This document shows, piece by piece, positions 26,196-34,627 of a stretch of DNA of 64,000 nt (its first letter is position 1; each line of letters starts with the position of its first letter). The translations under genes were made by a program, and so were the position numbers. This DNA comes from an uncultured SAR86 cluster bacterium (GTDB lineage Bacteria; Pseudomonadota; Gammaproteobacteria; Magnimaribacterales; D2472): positions 1,070,572 through 1,134,571 of the forward strand of contig CALSPZ010000001.1 of the NCBI GenBank assembly GCA_943788365.1, given 5' to 3'. The notes under the pieces are model-generated. The model did not search any database. It was not told the DNA's origin and saw only the letters and a program-made list of their open reading frames with translations.

Positions 26196-26816
26196 CTAAT
26201 AGAGATTAACTTTCTCTGAAATAGACCCACTTCCATCAAAAATATATTTAATAGGGGCTCCAGTTGGAATTTCTAAATTCACAATATCTTCTTCATTAAT
26301 ATCATCAAGTTGCATTATTAAAGATCTTAATGAGTTTCCATGAGCGGCAATTAGAATATTAGAGCCATAAACTACCTTAGGTAAAATTTCTTTATTAAAA
26401 TATGGCAAAACTCTCTCAGCTGTATTTTTTAGACTCTCTCCATCTGGAGGAGGTATATCAAAAGACCTTCTCCATATATGAACCTGTTCATCGCCCCATT
26501 TTTTTCTAGCATCGTCTTTATTCAGACCAGCAAGGCTTCCATAGTTTCTTTCATTTAATGCAATATTTTTATAAATAGGAATATCTAACTGATCAATTGC
26601 TTTTAAAATAACACTCCCAGTTATCTGTGCTCTTATAAGCTCTGATGTATACATGCTATCAAAAGAAATGTTTTCTTTCTTTATAGTATTTCCTGCACCC
26701 AAAGCCTCTTTCATTCCTTCATCAGTGAGTCCAGGATCTTTCCAGCCAGTAAATAGATTTCTTGCATTCCATTCACTTTGCCCATGCCTTACAAGAATAA
26801 GATGTCTTTTTTTCAT
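26196..26816 (-). CDS. gpmA: 2,3-bisphosphoglycerate-dependent phosphoglycerate mutase (short form)
   Basis: LILVRHGQSEWNARNLFTGW (catalytic RHG), ERNYG and AAHGNSLR. Confidence 0.9.
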   Translation of the reverse strand: MKKRHLILVRHGQSEWNARNLFTGWKDPGLTDEGMKEALGAGNTIKKENISFDSMYTSELIRAQITGSVILKAIDQLDIPIYKNIALNERNYGSLAGLNKDDARKKWGDEQVHIWRRSFDIPPPDGESLKNTAERVLPYFNKEILPKVVYGSNILIAAHGNSLRSLIMQLDDINEEDIVNLEIPTGAPIKYIFDGSGSISEKVNLY

Positions 26817-26867
26817 AATTTTATAATAATAAGATACAACTAATATATTTTAATAGATAATAGTGGG

Positions 26868-27278
26868 ATGTTAGAATTTTTTTCATTCTTATATGAGCAG
26901 TGGTTTCTCTCCATTCCGCTAGTAATTTTTATTGGCCTTTTCTTTTCTTCGCTCTCAAAAAAAGGGGGTAAAAAGATTTCTACACATGAGCTCATAAATT
27001 TAAACAATCAAGGGTTAGCAAAGCTAGTTGATATAAGAAAATCAGACGAATTTAATGCGGGCCATATTGCAGGAGCAATTAACATACCTTTTGCTGATTT
27101 TGAAAAAAGACACTATGAGCTGCCCAATAAAAAAGATCTTTCTATTATTCTTGTTTGTGAAATGGGGAACCAATCGGGAAATGCAGGCGAAATTCTTCAA
27201 AAATCAGGGTTTAAAAATTCTTTCATACTTAGCGGGGGCATTTCTGAGTGGAGGCACAACAGCCTTCCATTAGTTTAG
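26868..27278 (+). CDS. Membrane-anchored rhodanese-domain sulfurtransferase
   Basis: An N-terminal TM helix followed by a rhodanese fold with the active-site loop VCEMGNQSG. Confidence 0.75.
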   Translation: MLEFFSFLYEQWFLSIPLVIFIGLFFSSLSKKGGKKISTHELINLNNQGLAKLVDIRKSDEFNAGHIAGAINIPFADFEKRHYELPNKKDLSIILVCEMGNQSGNAGEILQKSGFKNSFILSGGISEWRHNSLPLV

Positions 27279-27281
27279 GGT

Positions 27282-28661
27282 CTATATACCAAGATCTTTT
27301 ATCTTTTTCGCAAGAGTGTTTCTACCTAGTCCTAAAATATTTGCAGCATCATTCTTTTTACCATTTGTTTTTTCTAAAACTAGCTTTATTAATATTTTTT
27401 CAATTTTTGGATTAACGGTATCCAATAGATCGCTTTCATTATTATCTATTAGATTCTTTAACCAAAAAGAAAAACCGTCTTCCCATGATGACGTGCTAGA
27501 TATTGTGGCAGCTTTCGTTTCTATAATTTCATTTGGTAAATCTATGGGTTGAACATTTTGAGTAGGGCTCATTAATGTTAGCCAGTAACATGTATTTTCG
27601 AGCTGCCTTACATTTCCAGGCCACTGATATTTGCGCAATACCTCTATTGATTCTTGGGATAGAACTCTTAATTCCTCATCAAGAGAATCAGAATTTTGTT
27701 TTAAAAAGTATTTAGCTAAAATTTCTATATCTTCTCTGCGCTCTCGTAAGGGAGGGACATCAACTTTTATTACATTAAGCCTATAAAAAAGGTCTTCTCT
27801 AAATTTTGTTTGTGATACAAGATTATGAAGGTTTTGGTGGGTTGCTGCGATAATTCTCACATCTACCTTTATAGGCTTATCACCACCAACTCTATAAAAC
27901 TCTTTGTTTGAAAGTACTCTTAATAGTCTTGTTTGAGAATCCAGTGGCATATCTCCAATTTCATCTAAAAAAAGCGTTCCTCCATTGGCCTGCTCAAACC
28001 TACCAAGCCTTCTGTCAACAGCTCCTGTGAAAGCACCTTTTTCATGACCAAATAACTCTGATTCAACAAGTTCTTTTGGTATATCAGCCATATTTAGAGC
28101 TATGAAGGGCATATCATGGCGAGGACTATTTTTATGAAGTGATTTTGCTATCAATTCTTTGCCTGTTCCTGACTCTCCTTGAACTAAAACCGTTGCATTC
28201 GTATTGGAAAGCTTGCCAATAGCTCTAAATACCATTTGCATCGATTGAGCTTTTCCGATTATGTCTGTTTTCGGAGCAGACTTTAGCCCTTTTGTTGAGG
28301 GTTTTTTTTCAAGAGCTCTAGTAATTATTTGAATAGTCTCATTTAGGTCAAAGGGTTTGGGTATATATTCAAAAGCACCACTACCATATGAATCAACCGC
28401 TGCTTGCATATCAGCAAAAGCTGTCATAATTATTACAGGAAGGTCAGAAAAATTATTATTAATATGTTTAAGCAAATCATAGCCATGCATGCCTGGCATT
28501 TGAACATCTGTTAAAATTAGATCTGGTTTTGCATTAGCAAGACTTTCAACGAGGTCAGTTGCTGTTTCAAAAGTTCTTATTTCAAACCCAGCATCTTTTA
28601 AACTTTCTTCAAGAACAATTCTAATTGCCTCATCATCATCTGCTAACCAAACTTTATGCAC
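27282..28661 (-). CDS. ntrC: Nitrogen regulation response regulator NtrC (sigma-54 activator)
   Basis: Receiver domain (DLILTDVQMPGM), AAA+ sigma-54 interaction domain (GESGTGKE, GAFTGA, ESELFGHEKGAFTGA) and a C-terminal HTH. Confidence 0.9.
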   Translation of the reverse strand: MHKVWLADDDEAIRIVLEESLKDAGFEIRTFETATDLVESLANAKPDLILTDVQMPGMHGYDLLKHINNNFSDLPVIIMTAFADMQAAVDSYGSGAFEYIPKPFDLNETIQIITRALEKKPSTKGLKSAPKTDIIGKAQSMQMVFRAIGKLSNTNATVLVQGESGTGKELIAKSLHKNSPRHDMPFIALNMADIPKELVESELFGHEKGAFTGAVDRRLGRFEQANGGTLFLDEIGDMPLDSQTRLLRVLSNKEFYRVGGDKPIKVDVRIIAATHQNLHNLVSQTKFREDLFYRLNVIKVDVPPLRERREDIEILAKYFLKQNSDSLDEELRVLSQESIEVLRKYQWPGNVRQLENTCYWLTLMSPTQNVQPIDLPNEIIETKAATISSTSSWEDGFSFWLKNLIDNNESDLLDTVNPKIEKILIKLVLEKTNGKKNDAANILGLGRNTLAKKIKDLGI

Positions 28662-29730
28662 TTTCTTCTCCAGTATTTTTTATATTTAAAGGGATTTGAA
28701 TAGAAAAAATAGTTTGTTGTGGCTTTGATGAGAAAGATATACCACCACCATGCACTCTTATAATATCTTGAGCTATTGATAGCCCAAGACCAGAGCCCTC
28801 ATCTTTAGATGAGATCATAGGAAAAAAAACATGCTCTTGTATTTCTTCTGGAATACCAGGCCCGTTGTCTATAATTTCAATGCAACATACTGTTAGATGC
28901 ATTATTCCATTTACTGGTTGGCTGTATTGAATCCTCGATTTAATTTTAATCTCAGCATTTTCTATCTCATTCATAGCTTGCTGGGCATTTTTTACTATAT
29001 TTAAAATAGCTTGAATGAATAAATCCTCATCACCAATTAATTCTGGAATACTGGGATCATAATCTCTCCTTAGCTTAAGGTTTGGAGATAGCTCGGCCTC
29101 AGCAAGTGCATAGACTTTTTCTAGGGCCGAATGAATATTAAACTTTTCTTTATTAGGTTTTTGAGGGGGCGTAAGAATTTTTGTAACAATTCCATTTAAC
29201 CTATCTGTCTCATCAATTATGATTTTTAGGAATTTTTTTGAATAACTATCTTCTAGCTTTTTAGAAAGAATTTGTGCACTACCTTTAATTCCTGAAAGAG
29301 GATTTTTTACTTCATGCGCTAAGGTTCTTGCTAGATTAGCTGCAATTTTTTGTGTTGAAAATACTTTTGTTGAATCTATAATTTTGTTAATGCTGTCTAC
29401 GCATTTAACTTCAAGAATTAAATAATTGTTTGTATTATCTAATGAAACAGTTAAATCTATAATTCTTTTTTCATTTACTCTATTTATAAGCTCCATATCT
29501 CTTTTTGAAAAGGAGCTGGACTCATCTTGTGATTTTTTTAGTAAGTTGAATAATGCAGAATTTAACTCTTCTGGATATTGATTTTTTATAAATTCATTTT
29601 GAGAATTTGCCCAACCATTACTGAGAGCAGATTCGTTAATCCATAAGCTTTTAAGATTTTGGTCAAGAATTATTATTTCAGAAGAAAGCTGGTTCAGTAC
29701 TGATGTATTTAAGTCTGCCGTTTCAATCAT
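28654..29730 (-). CDS. ntrB: Nitrogen regulation sensor histidine kinase NtrB
   Basis: PAS-like N-terminus, H-box HEVKNPLSGIKGSAQIL, and N/G boxes (DNGPGIP, GSGLGLS). It overlaps ntrC by 8 nt. Confidence 0.85.
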   Translation of the reverse strand: MIETADLNTSVLNQLSSEIIILDQNLKSLWINESALSNGWANSQNEFIKNQYPEELNSALFNLLKKSQDESSSFSKRDMELINRVNEKRIIDLTVSLDNTNNYLILEVKCVDSINKIIDSTKVFSTQKIAANLARTLAHEVKNPLSGIKGSAQILSKKLEDSYSKKFLKIIIDETDRLNGIVTKILTPPQKPNKEKFNIHSALEKVYALAEAELSPNLKLRRDYDPSIPELIGDEDLFIQAILNIVKNAQQAMNEIENAEIKIKSRIQYSQPVNGIMHLTVCCIEIIDNGPGIPEEIQEHVFFPMISSKDEGSGLGLSIAQDIIRVHGGGISFSSKPQQTIFSIQIPLNIKNTGEESA

Positions 29731-29735
29731 TTATG

Positions 29736-29763
29736 AGAAAAACGACTCCTCTTTCGAGGAGCC
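29736..29763 (-). terminator. Rho-independent terminator/attenuator between glnII and ntrB
   Basis: The minus-strand RNA reads GGCUCCUC-GAAA-GAGGAGUC (8 bp including one G.U, GNRA loop) followed by GUUUUUCU. It sits 12 nt after the glnII stop. Confidence 0.55.
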
Positions 29764-29774
29764 GGAAATTATAT

Positions 29775-30755
29775 TTATTTATTAAGAGTTCCAACTATAT
29801 GAGAAAGAATTTTATAAGGATCAGCATTTGAAGCAGGCCTTCTATCCTCTAAATAGCCATTCCAATTATGTTCCACAGTGTAAACAGGTATACGTATGCT
29901 TGCACCCCTATCACTTACACCGAATGAGAACTGATCAATGTTCTGAGTTTCATGAAGCCCAGTAAGCCTCATATCGTTATCAGAACCATATGCCTCAATT
30001 CCTTCGGCATGAACCTTGCCTAGTTTTTCACACATACTAGTAAAAAGTGATTCAGAACCATTAGACCTCATTTCTTCATTTGAGAAGTTAGTATGCATAC
30101 CGGAACCATTCCAGTCTCCTGTTTTCGGTTTAGGATGAATATTTACACCAACTCCAAACTCTTCTGCTATTTTATAAAGCATATATCTGCTTACCCATAA
30201 ATCATCAGCAGCTTTAATTCCTTTTCCAAGACATTGATATTCCCACTGCCCTAAAGCAACCTCAGCATTTGTGCCAGTTAAAGTAATGCCAAGATCAAGA
30301 CAGGCTTGCAAATGAGCATCAGAAATTTCTCTACCAACAACGTTACCAGCACCTACACCGCAGTAAAAATCTCCCTGAGCTCTTGGCTCACCATTTTCCC
30401 AACCCAATGGTTCTCCAGTTTCTGGATCAGTAAGAAAGAATTCTTGCTCAAAACCAAACCACCAGTCATCACTTACTACCGCTTCTGCAGCTGCTCTGAA
30501 GTTTGATGGATGAGTAGTATGGTCAGCTGACTGAACTTGTGTCATAACTATGTCATGCCCATGAGGGTTTGAATAAGTTTGTACCGGTATTAATAAGCAG
30601 TCTGAACTTCCTCCTTCTGCTTGTTGGGTTGATGATCCATCAAAAGACCAATCAGGTGGAGTTTCAGCATCCGTTGCCTTAACCTTGCTCCTCATTGAAG
30701 ATTCTGGCTTGTAGCCATCTAGCCATAAGTATTCATATGTTTTGTAACCTGTCAT
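29775..30755 (-). CDS. glnII: Glutamine synthetase, type II (eukaryote-like GSII)
   Basis: Start trimmed to MTGYKTYEYLWLDG behind AGGAG. GSII blocks are present: WSFDGSSTQQAEGGSSDCLL, GDFYCGVGAGNV, NAEVALGQWEYQ, HPKPKTGDWNGSGMHTNFS, GLHET, RGASIRIP, LEDRRPASNADPY. At 326 aa it is far shorter than GSI. Confidence 0.9.
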   Translation of the reverse strand: MTGYKTYEYLWLDGYKPESSMRSKVKATDAETPPDWSFDGSSTQQAEGGSSDCLLIPVQTYSNPHGHDIVMTQVQSADHTTHPSNFRAAAEAVVSDDWWFGFEQEFFLTDPETGEPLGWENGEPRAQGDFYCGVGAGNVVGREISDAHLQACLDLGITLTGTNAEVALGQWEYQCLGKGIKAADDLWVSRYMLYKIAEEFGVGVNIHPKPKTGDWNGSGMHTNFSNEEMRSNGSESLFTSMCEKLGKVHAEGIEAYGSDNDMRLTGLHETQNIDQFSFGVSDRGASIRIPVYTVEHNWNGYLEDRRPASNADPYKILSHIVGTLNK

Positions 30756-30791
30756 TCTATCTCCTATAATTGTGTTTCTTAATACAATATA

Positions 30792-30807
30792 TGCAATATT
30801 AATACCA
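30792..30807 (-). promoter_or_regulatory. Sigma-54 (-24/-12) promoter TGGTAT-TAATA-TTGCA upstream of glnII
   Basis: The minus strand reads TTGGTATTAATATTGCAT. GG-N10-GC spacing is exact, with about 12 of 14 matches to YTGGCACGrNNNTTGCW. The -12 element lies about 37 nt upstream of the ATG. Confidence 0.6.
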
Positions 30808-30824
30808 ATTATTTTTTCTGTATA

Positions 30825-30858
30825 TGCACAAAAACTGTGCTTATTATGCACTAATATA
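30825..30858. promoter_or_regulatory. NtrC-like enhancer half-sites GCAC-N7-GTGC-N7-GCAC
   Basis: TGCACAAAAACTGTGCTTATTATGCAC. The first 17-mer matches TGCACCA-N3-TGGTGCA at about 10 of 14 defined positions with correct half-site spacing. It lies just upstream of the sigma-54 promoter. Confidence 0.35.
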
Positions 30859-30897
30859 GAGCAAATAGAAATTTAATGTTAAATTCTAGTGCGAAAA

Positions 30898-31470
30898 CTA
30901 TAATTTCAGGAAAGAATGTATTTTATTATATTTTTTTTCAAATGATGAGTATGAATGATCCCCACCAAATACAATATCTATTTCAGAGCCCTTAAAAAAA
31001 GATACTGTTTCAAGATAGTTTAATATTTCATCTCCCGACTCAACAAGAATCATAAAATTTTTAGGTGATTTTATTTTTTTGTTTTGTAAAGATCTCAAGT
31101 ATTCAATATCACTTTTACAAATATTAAATTTTTTTTTAGTTACATAGTTTATGTTTTCACCAAGATATTCCTCAAACCCAACTAGAGGATATATAGCTGG
31201 GTTAATTAATACTGCTTTTGTATTATATTTTTCAGCGTAAAATTTAGCGAAGTAACCTCCAAGCGAGCTCCCAGCAAAAAATATTTCTCCCTTAATCCCC
31301 TCAATAATTTTGTTTATTTGCTTTATTGCATCTTTAAAATTATCTTCAATATCAGGAATAAATATTTTTGCATCCCTTGAGTCATTTTTTAAAAGACGCT
31401 TAAAGGCTTGAGCTTTATTGGAGTCTGAGGATGATTTAAATCCATGAAAATACAAAATATTTTTAGTCAT
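30898..31470 (-). CDS. yqiA: Esterase YqiA (alpha/beta hydrolase)
   Basis: ILYFHGFKSSSDSNKA, nucleophile GSSLGG, C-terminal GGDHS. The length is typical of YqiA. Confidence 0.8.
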   Translation of the reverse strand: MTKNILYFHGFKSSSDSNKAQAFKRLLKNDSRDAKIFIPDIEDNFKDAIKQINKIIEGIKGEIFFAGSSLGGYFAKFYAEKYNTKAVLINPAIYPLVGFEEYLGENINYVTKKKFNICKSDIEYLRSLQNKKIKSPKNFMILVESGDEILNYLETVSFFKGSEIDIVFGGDHSYSSFEKKYNKIHSFLKL

Positions 31471-31909
31471 TTCTTATTATATTTTTTATATTATCAGCTT
31501 TAGCAATACCAGTTATAAAAATACTTTCAAGCCACTCAGTAAAGAATCTATTTTGTTGCTCTTTTTCATCGTAAGATTGAATTTGTGATTTTTTAAAAAA
31601 AGAAGGCAATGCTCTCTCGCCTTGATAAGATATTGCCTCTGCCAAACACGCATCAAGACTAACTCTAATTCTGCATATAAAATCGTTAATGCTTATGTTT
31701 TTCGCATTTATTTGTTTAGCTTCAATAATTACAGTGTGTTTAGTTTTGTCTAAAATTAGAAAACTTATATTTTGCATGCTTGAATCAGGGTTAATTCCTT
31801 CAAAAAAATATTCTTTTTCTGTGAAACTCCCTAGCAATCTCCTCAATCTTAAATAATTAGCTTCACACACCACTTGGTTATGTGAGGTTTTTGGAAGATT
31901 TTTTAGCAT
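31463..31909 (-). CDS. DUF1249 protein (YqiB-like)
   Basis: CEANYLRLRRLL, RVSLDACLAEAIS and DEKEQQNRFFTEWLES parallel E. coli YqiB blocks. It is adjacent to yqiA as in E. coli. Confidence 0.7.
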   Translation of the reverse strand: MLKNLPKTSHNQVVCEANYLRLRRLLGSFTEKEYFFEGINPDSSMQNISFLILDKTKHTVIIEAKQINAKNISINDFICRIRVSLDACLAEAISYQGERALPSFFKKSQIQSYDEKEQQNRFFTEWLESIFITGIAKADNIKNIIRND

Positions 31910-33054
31910 CAGATAATTCTATATTCTTTTTTTATCGGTGTATATTCGCTGCATGCATCAATATAACTATCAATAGAATCTTTCTCTTTATCACAGAAGT
32001 CTTGAATTGCTTTCCTAAAATCTTTATGAAGAATAAAATGCAATGAGCTAGATAATTTAGGCTCAAAACCTCTTCTTATTTTATATTCCCCTTGAATTCC
32101 AGGATCAAATAAAGAAAGGTTATTTTCTATGCAATATTCAATTCCTTGATAATAGCAACATTCAAAATGAAGATTTTGTATATTCTTGCTGCAGCCCCAA
32201 TGTCTGCCATACAATATTCCATCTCCTTCAAAACAAAGGGAGCCTGCAACAACTCCGCCATCCTGAATAGCAAAAAAAATAATAGGATTAAGATCATCTC
32301 TATTTCGATGAATTTTTTTAAAAAACTCAATATTTAGATAAGGTTTTTGCATCCTTTCGAGATATGTATTGGCATAGAACTTATAAAAGATATTCCAATC
32401 CTCTTCACCCAATAATCGTTTATCCTTTGTTATAAATTGCACGCCTTCTTTCTTAACCTTCTTTCTTTCAGATTTAATATTCTTTCTTTGCCTAGAAGTA
32501 AATGTTTTTAGAAAATCATCAAAATCTATGAAGTTTTTATTATTCCATACAAATCTATAATCAAAGCGCTCAATAAAGTTATTTTTTTTAAGTATATTTT
32601 TTGTTTTCTCATCCGGGTATAGAACATGCCATGTTTCTATATTTAATTCAGCCATCTTGTCTTTAGTGGCTTTAATCATTTCAGCGGCAATACTCAATTC
32701 AGGCGTTATAAATTTAGATGTTTCACATGGTGTGAAGGGAATAGCTGATAAAAATTTTGGATAGTATTTTCTCTGAGCTCTTTGGAGAGCGTATGACCAT
32801 TGATGATCAAATACAAATTCGCCTTGACTATTGTTTTTAAGATACAAGGGCATAAAACCATTAAGAGTTTGATTCTTATATGAAGTAACATGATGAGGAT
32901 GCCATCCAGCCGAAGGGCTTGCAGAACCACTTGCCTCCATTGATTCTAAAAATTTATACGACATGAAAGGAGAGTTACGAGCATTTGATATACTTTTGAA
33001 TTCTTCATTTGATATATCAGAAATGCTTTTAATGAATTTATTTTTTATAAGCAT
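31909..33054 (-). CDS. DUF482 / FemAB-like GNAT-fold acyltransferase
   Basis: 381 aa. FMSYKFLESMEASGSASPSAGWHPHH and the C-terminal GEYKIRRGF match my recollection of PF04339. Confidence 0.6.
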   Translation of the reverse strand: MLIKNKFIKSISDISNEEFKSISNARNSPFMSYKFLESMEASGSASPSAGWHPHHVTSYKNQTLNGFMPLYLKNNSQGEFVFDHQWSYALQRAQRKYYPKFLSAIPFTPCETSKFITPELSIAAEMIKATKDKMAELNIETWHVLYPDEKTKNILKKNNFIERFDYRFVWNNKNFIDFDDFLKTFTSRQRKNIKSERKKVKKEGVQFITKDKRLLGEEDWNIFYKFYANTYLERMQKPYLNIEFFKKIHRNRDDLNPIIFFAIQDGGVVAGSLCFEGDGILYGRHWGCSKNIQNLHFECCYYQGIEYCIENNLSLFDPGIQGEYKIRRGFEPKLSSSLHFILHKDFRKAIQDFCDKEKDSIDSYIDACSEYTPIKKEYRII

Positions 33055-33906
33055 TTAAATAAGAAATATTTCTATCAAAAAACCAATTATTAAAACAATC
33101 CCCACATTATTATTAAACTTAAAAGCATCCAAGTACCTTCCTGCTTTTACAAGTGTATTTTGGCGATAGAATAAAATTAGCAGTAGGCAAAAAATTACTG
33201 TAAATAAGATTGAAAAATCATTTATATATGCAATTAATGCTATTGCTGCATAAAATATAAATTGCAATATATATGCAATAGATATTGTTTCTTTGCCCCA
33301 TAAAATTGGAGAAGAATTTATACCAATCTTAATGTCATCATCTATATCTTCTAGAGCATAGATGCTATCAAAGCTAACAATCCATGCAATAAGCCCAATA
33401 TATAAAATAATTATGGATAAGGAAAAGCTATCTGATTGAAGTGAGTAAGATATTATTGATCCGGATCCAAATGTAATCCCTAGAATAATTTGCGGCGCTT
33501 TAATAAAACGTTTGGCCAACGGATAAATTAAAATTAGTAGTGAAAAAAATAATGCTAATTTGATAGTGACTGGAGGGGTTAATAAAAGCAGACTAAATGA
33601 AGCAATAGATAAAATAACAAAAAACATCCAAGCTTCTTTGAGACTAATTTTACCAGATGCAATAGGCCTATTTTTTGTTCTTTCAACCAACCTATCAAAC
33701 TTATGATCAAAAATATCATTAACGACACATCCACAAGATCTGACTAGGATTGCTCCAACTATAACGATAACGTAGTTTTTAAAATCAATATATCCTTCAT
33801 TCAGGCCTCCAAGGAAAAGCCCAAGCAAAGATGGCCATAGTAAAAGATATATTCCAATGGGCTTATCTAGCCTAGAAAGACTTATATAGTTCATAAGAAT
33901 TTTCAT
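33055..33906 (-). CDS. ubiA: 4-hydroxybenzoate polyprenyltransferase
   Basis: UbiA motifs NDIFDHKFD (NDxxDxxxD) and a second Asp-rich box DSIYALEDIDDD. About 8-9 TM segments. Confidence 0.9.
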   Translation of the reverse strand: MKILMNYISLSRLDKPIGIYLLLWPSLLGLFLGGLNEGYIDFKNYVIVIVGAILVRSCGCVVNDIFDHKFDRLVERTKNRPIASGKISLKEAWMFFVILSIASFSLLLLTPPVTIKLALFFSLLILIYPLAKRFIKAPQIILGITFGSGSIISYSLQSDSFSLSIIILYIGLIAWIVSFDSIYALEDIDDDIKIGINSSPILWGKETISIAYILQFIFYAAIALIAYINDFSILFTVIFCLLLILFYRQNTLVKAGRYLDAFKFNNNVGIVLIIGFLIEIFLI

Positions 33907-34388
33907 AATAGAAAAACTTCCATGACCGAAATTGGTTCAGAGTTAACGGAGTACTTTATTTTCCTACCCCAATAAATACTCATATCATCATCCAAAAACG
34001 ATGCGCACAACATTTCTAGTTTTGTAAAAATACCAGGAGTAAAAAGAATGTCACCTAGAGGAGCATTTCCTATTTCACCAAGAGAGGATAATCCATTATC
34101 TATAGTCAAAGTTGGAATTACTGATTTGGCATAAACAGCCGGAGCATTGTCACCAAACAGGATAACCTCTCTAACCCTGAAAGTTTCAGAGCTTGATTTA
34201 AGAAATAATAGCTCTTCTTGTGAAATATTATCAAGTTCATCACGCAGCAATTCAAGCTTAAATTTCTTACTTAATTTTATTCTCTTTGTTATTGGGCCAG
34301 CCTCTTTTAGCCAAGATAATACAGACAAATCAACTCTTGATTCAATAGATTCTATGTTTGTCCAAGGAGAAATTTGTTTAAGTTTCAT
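33903..34388 (-). CDS. ubiC: Chorismate pyruvate-lyase
   Basis: 161 aa, overlapping ubiA by 4 nt in the conserved ubiC-ubiA order. The REVILFGDNAPAVYAKSVIP block resembles UbiC. Confidence 0.7.
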   Translation of the reverse strand: MKLKQISPWTNIESIESRVDLSVLSWLKEAGPITKRIKLSKKFKLELLRDELDNISQEELLFLKSSSETFRVREVILFGDNAPAVYAKSVIPTLTIDNGLSSLGEIGNAPLGDILFTPGIFTKLEMLCASFLDDDMSIYWGRKIKYSVNSEPISVMEVFLL

Positions 34389-34456
34389 TAAGTAATTAAA
34401 GTAAATCTGATATTATACTCCGAACTTTTTATCATCATTTGGAATAGATATTAATT

Positions 34457-34627
34457 ATGGAATTAAAAAAATGGGAATGCATTGTATGTGGGCTTATCTA
34501 TGATGAGGCCCTGGGTTGGCCCGAAGATGGAATAGAGGCAGGAACAAGATGGGAAGATGTTCCTGAAGATTGGTTATGTCCAGAGTGTGGTGTTGGCAAG
34601 GAAGATTTTGATATGATAGAGATGTAA
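34457..34627 (+). CDS. rubA: Rubredoxin (56 aa; missing from the ORF track, which lists nothing shorter than 60 aa)
   Basis: My own translation reads [56 protein letters not shown]. Both CxxCG knuckles (CIVCG, CPECG) and the conserved W/Y/F core are present. Confidence 0.9.
   Translation: MELKKWECIVCGLIYDEALGWPEDGIEAGTRWEDVPEDWLCPECGVGKEDFDMIEM

Noticed and set aside
30300-30700. Locally higher GC in glnII (and in hppA) as a sign of recent horizontal transfer.
   Set aside because: Highly conserved, highly expressed genes are generally more GC-rich than the AT-rich background. Native-looking sigma-54/NtrC signals and the terminator argue against a recent insertion. This cannot be tested without computed composition or phylogeny.
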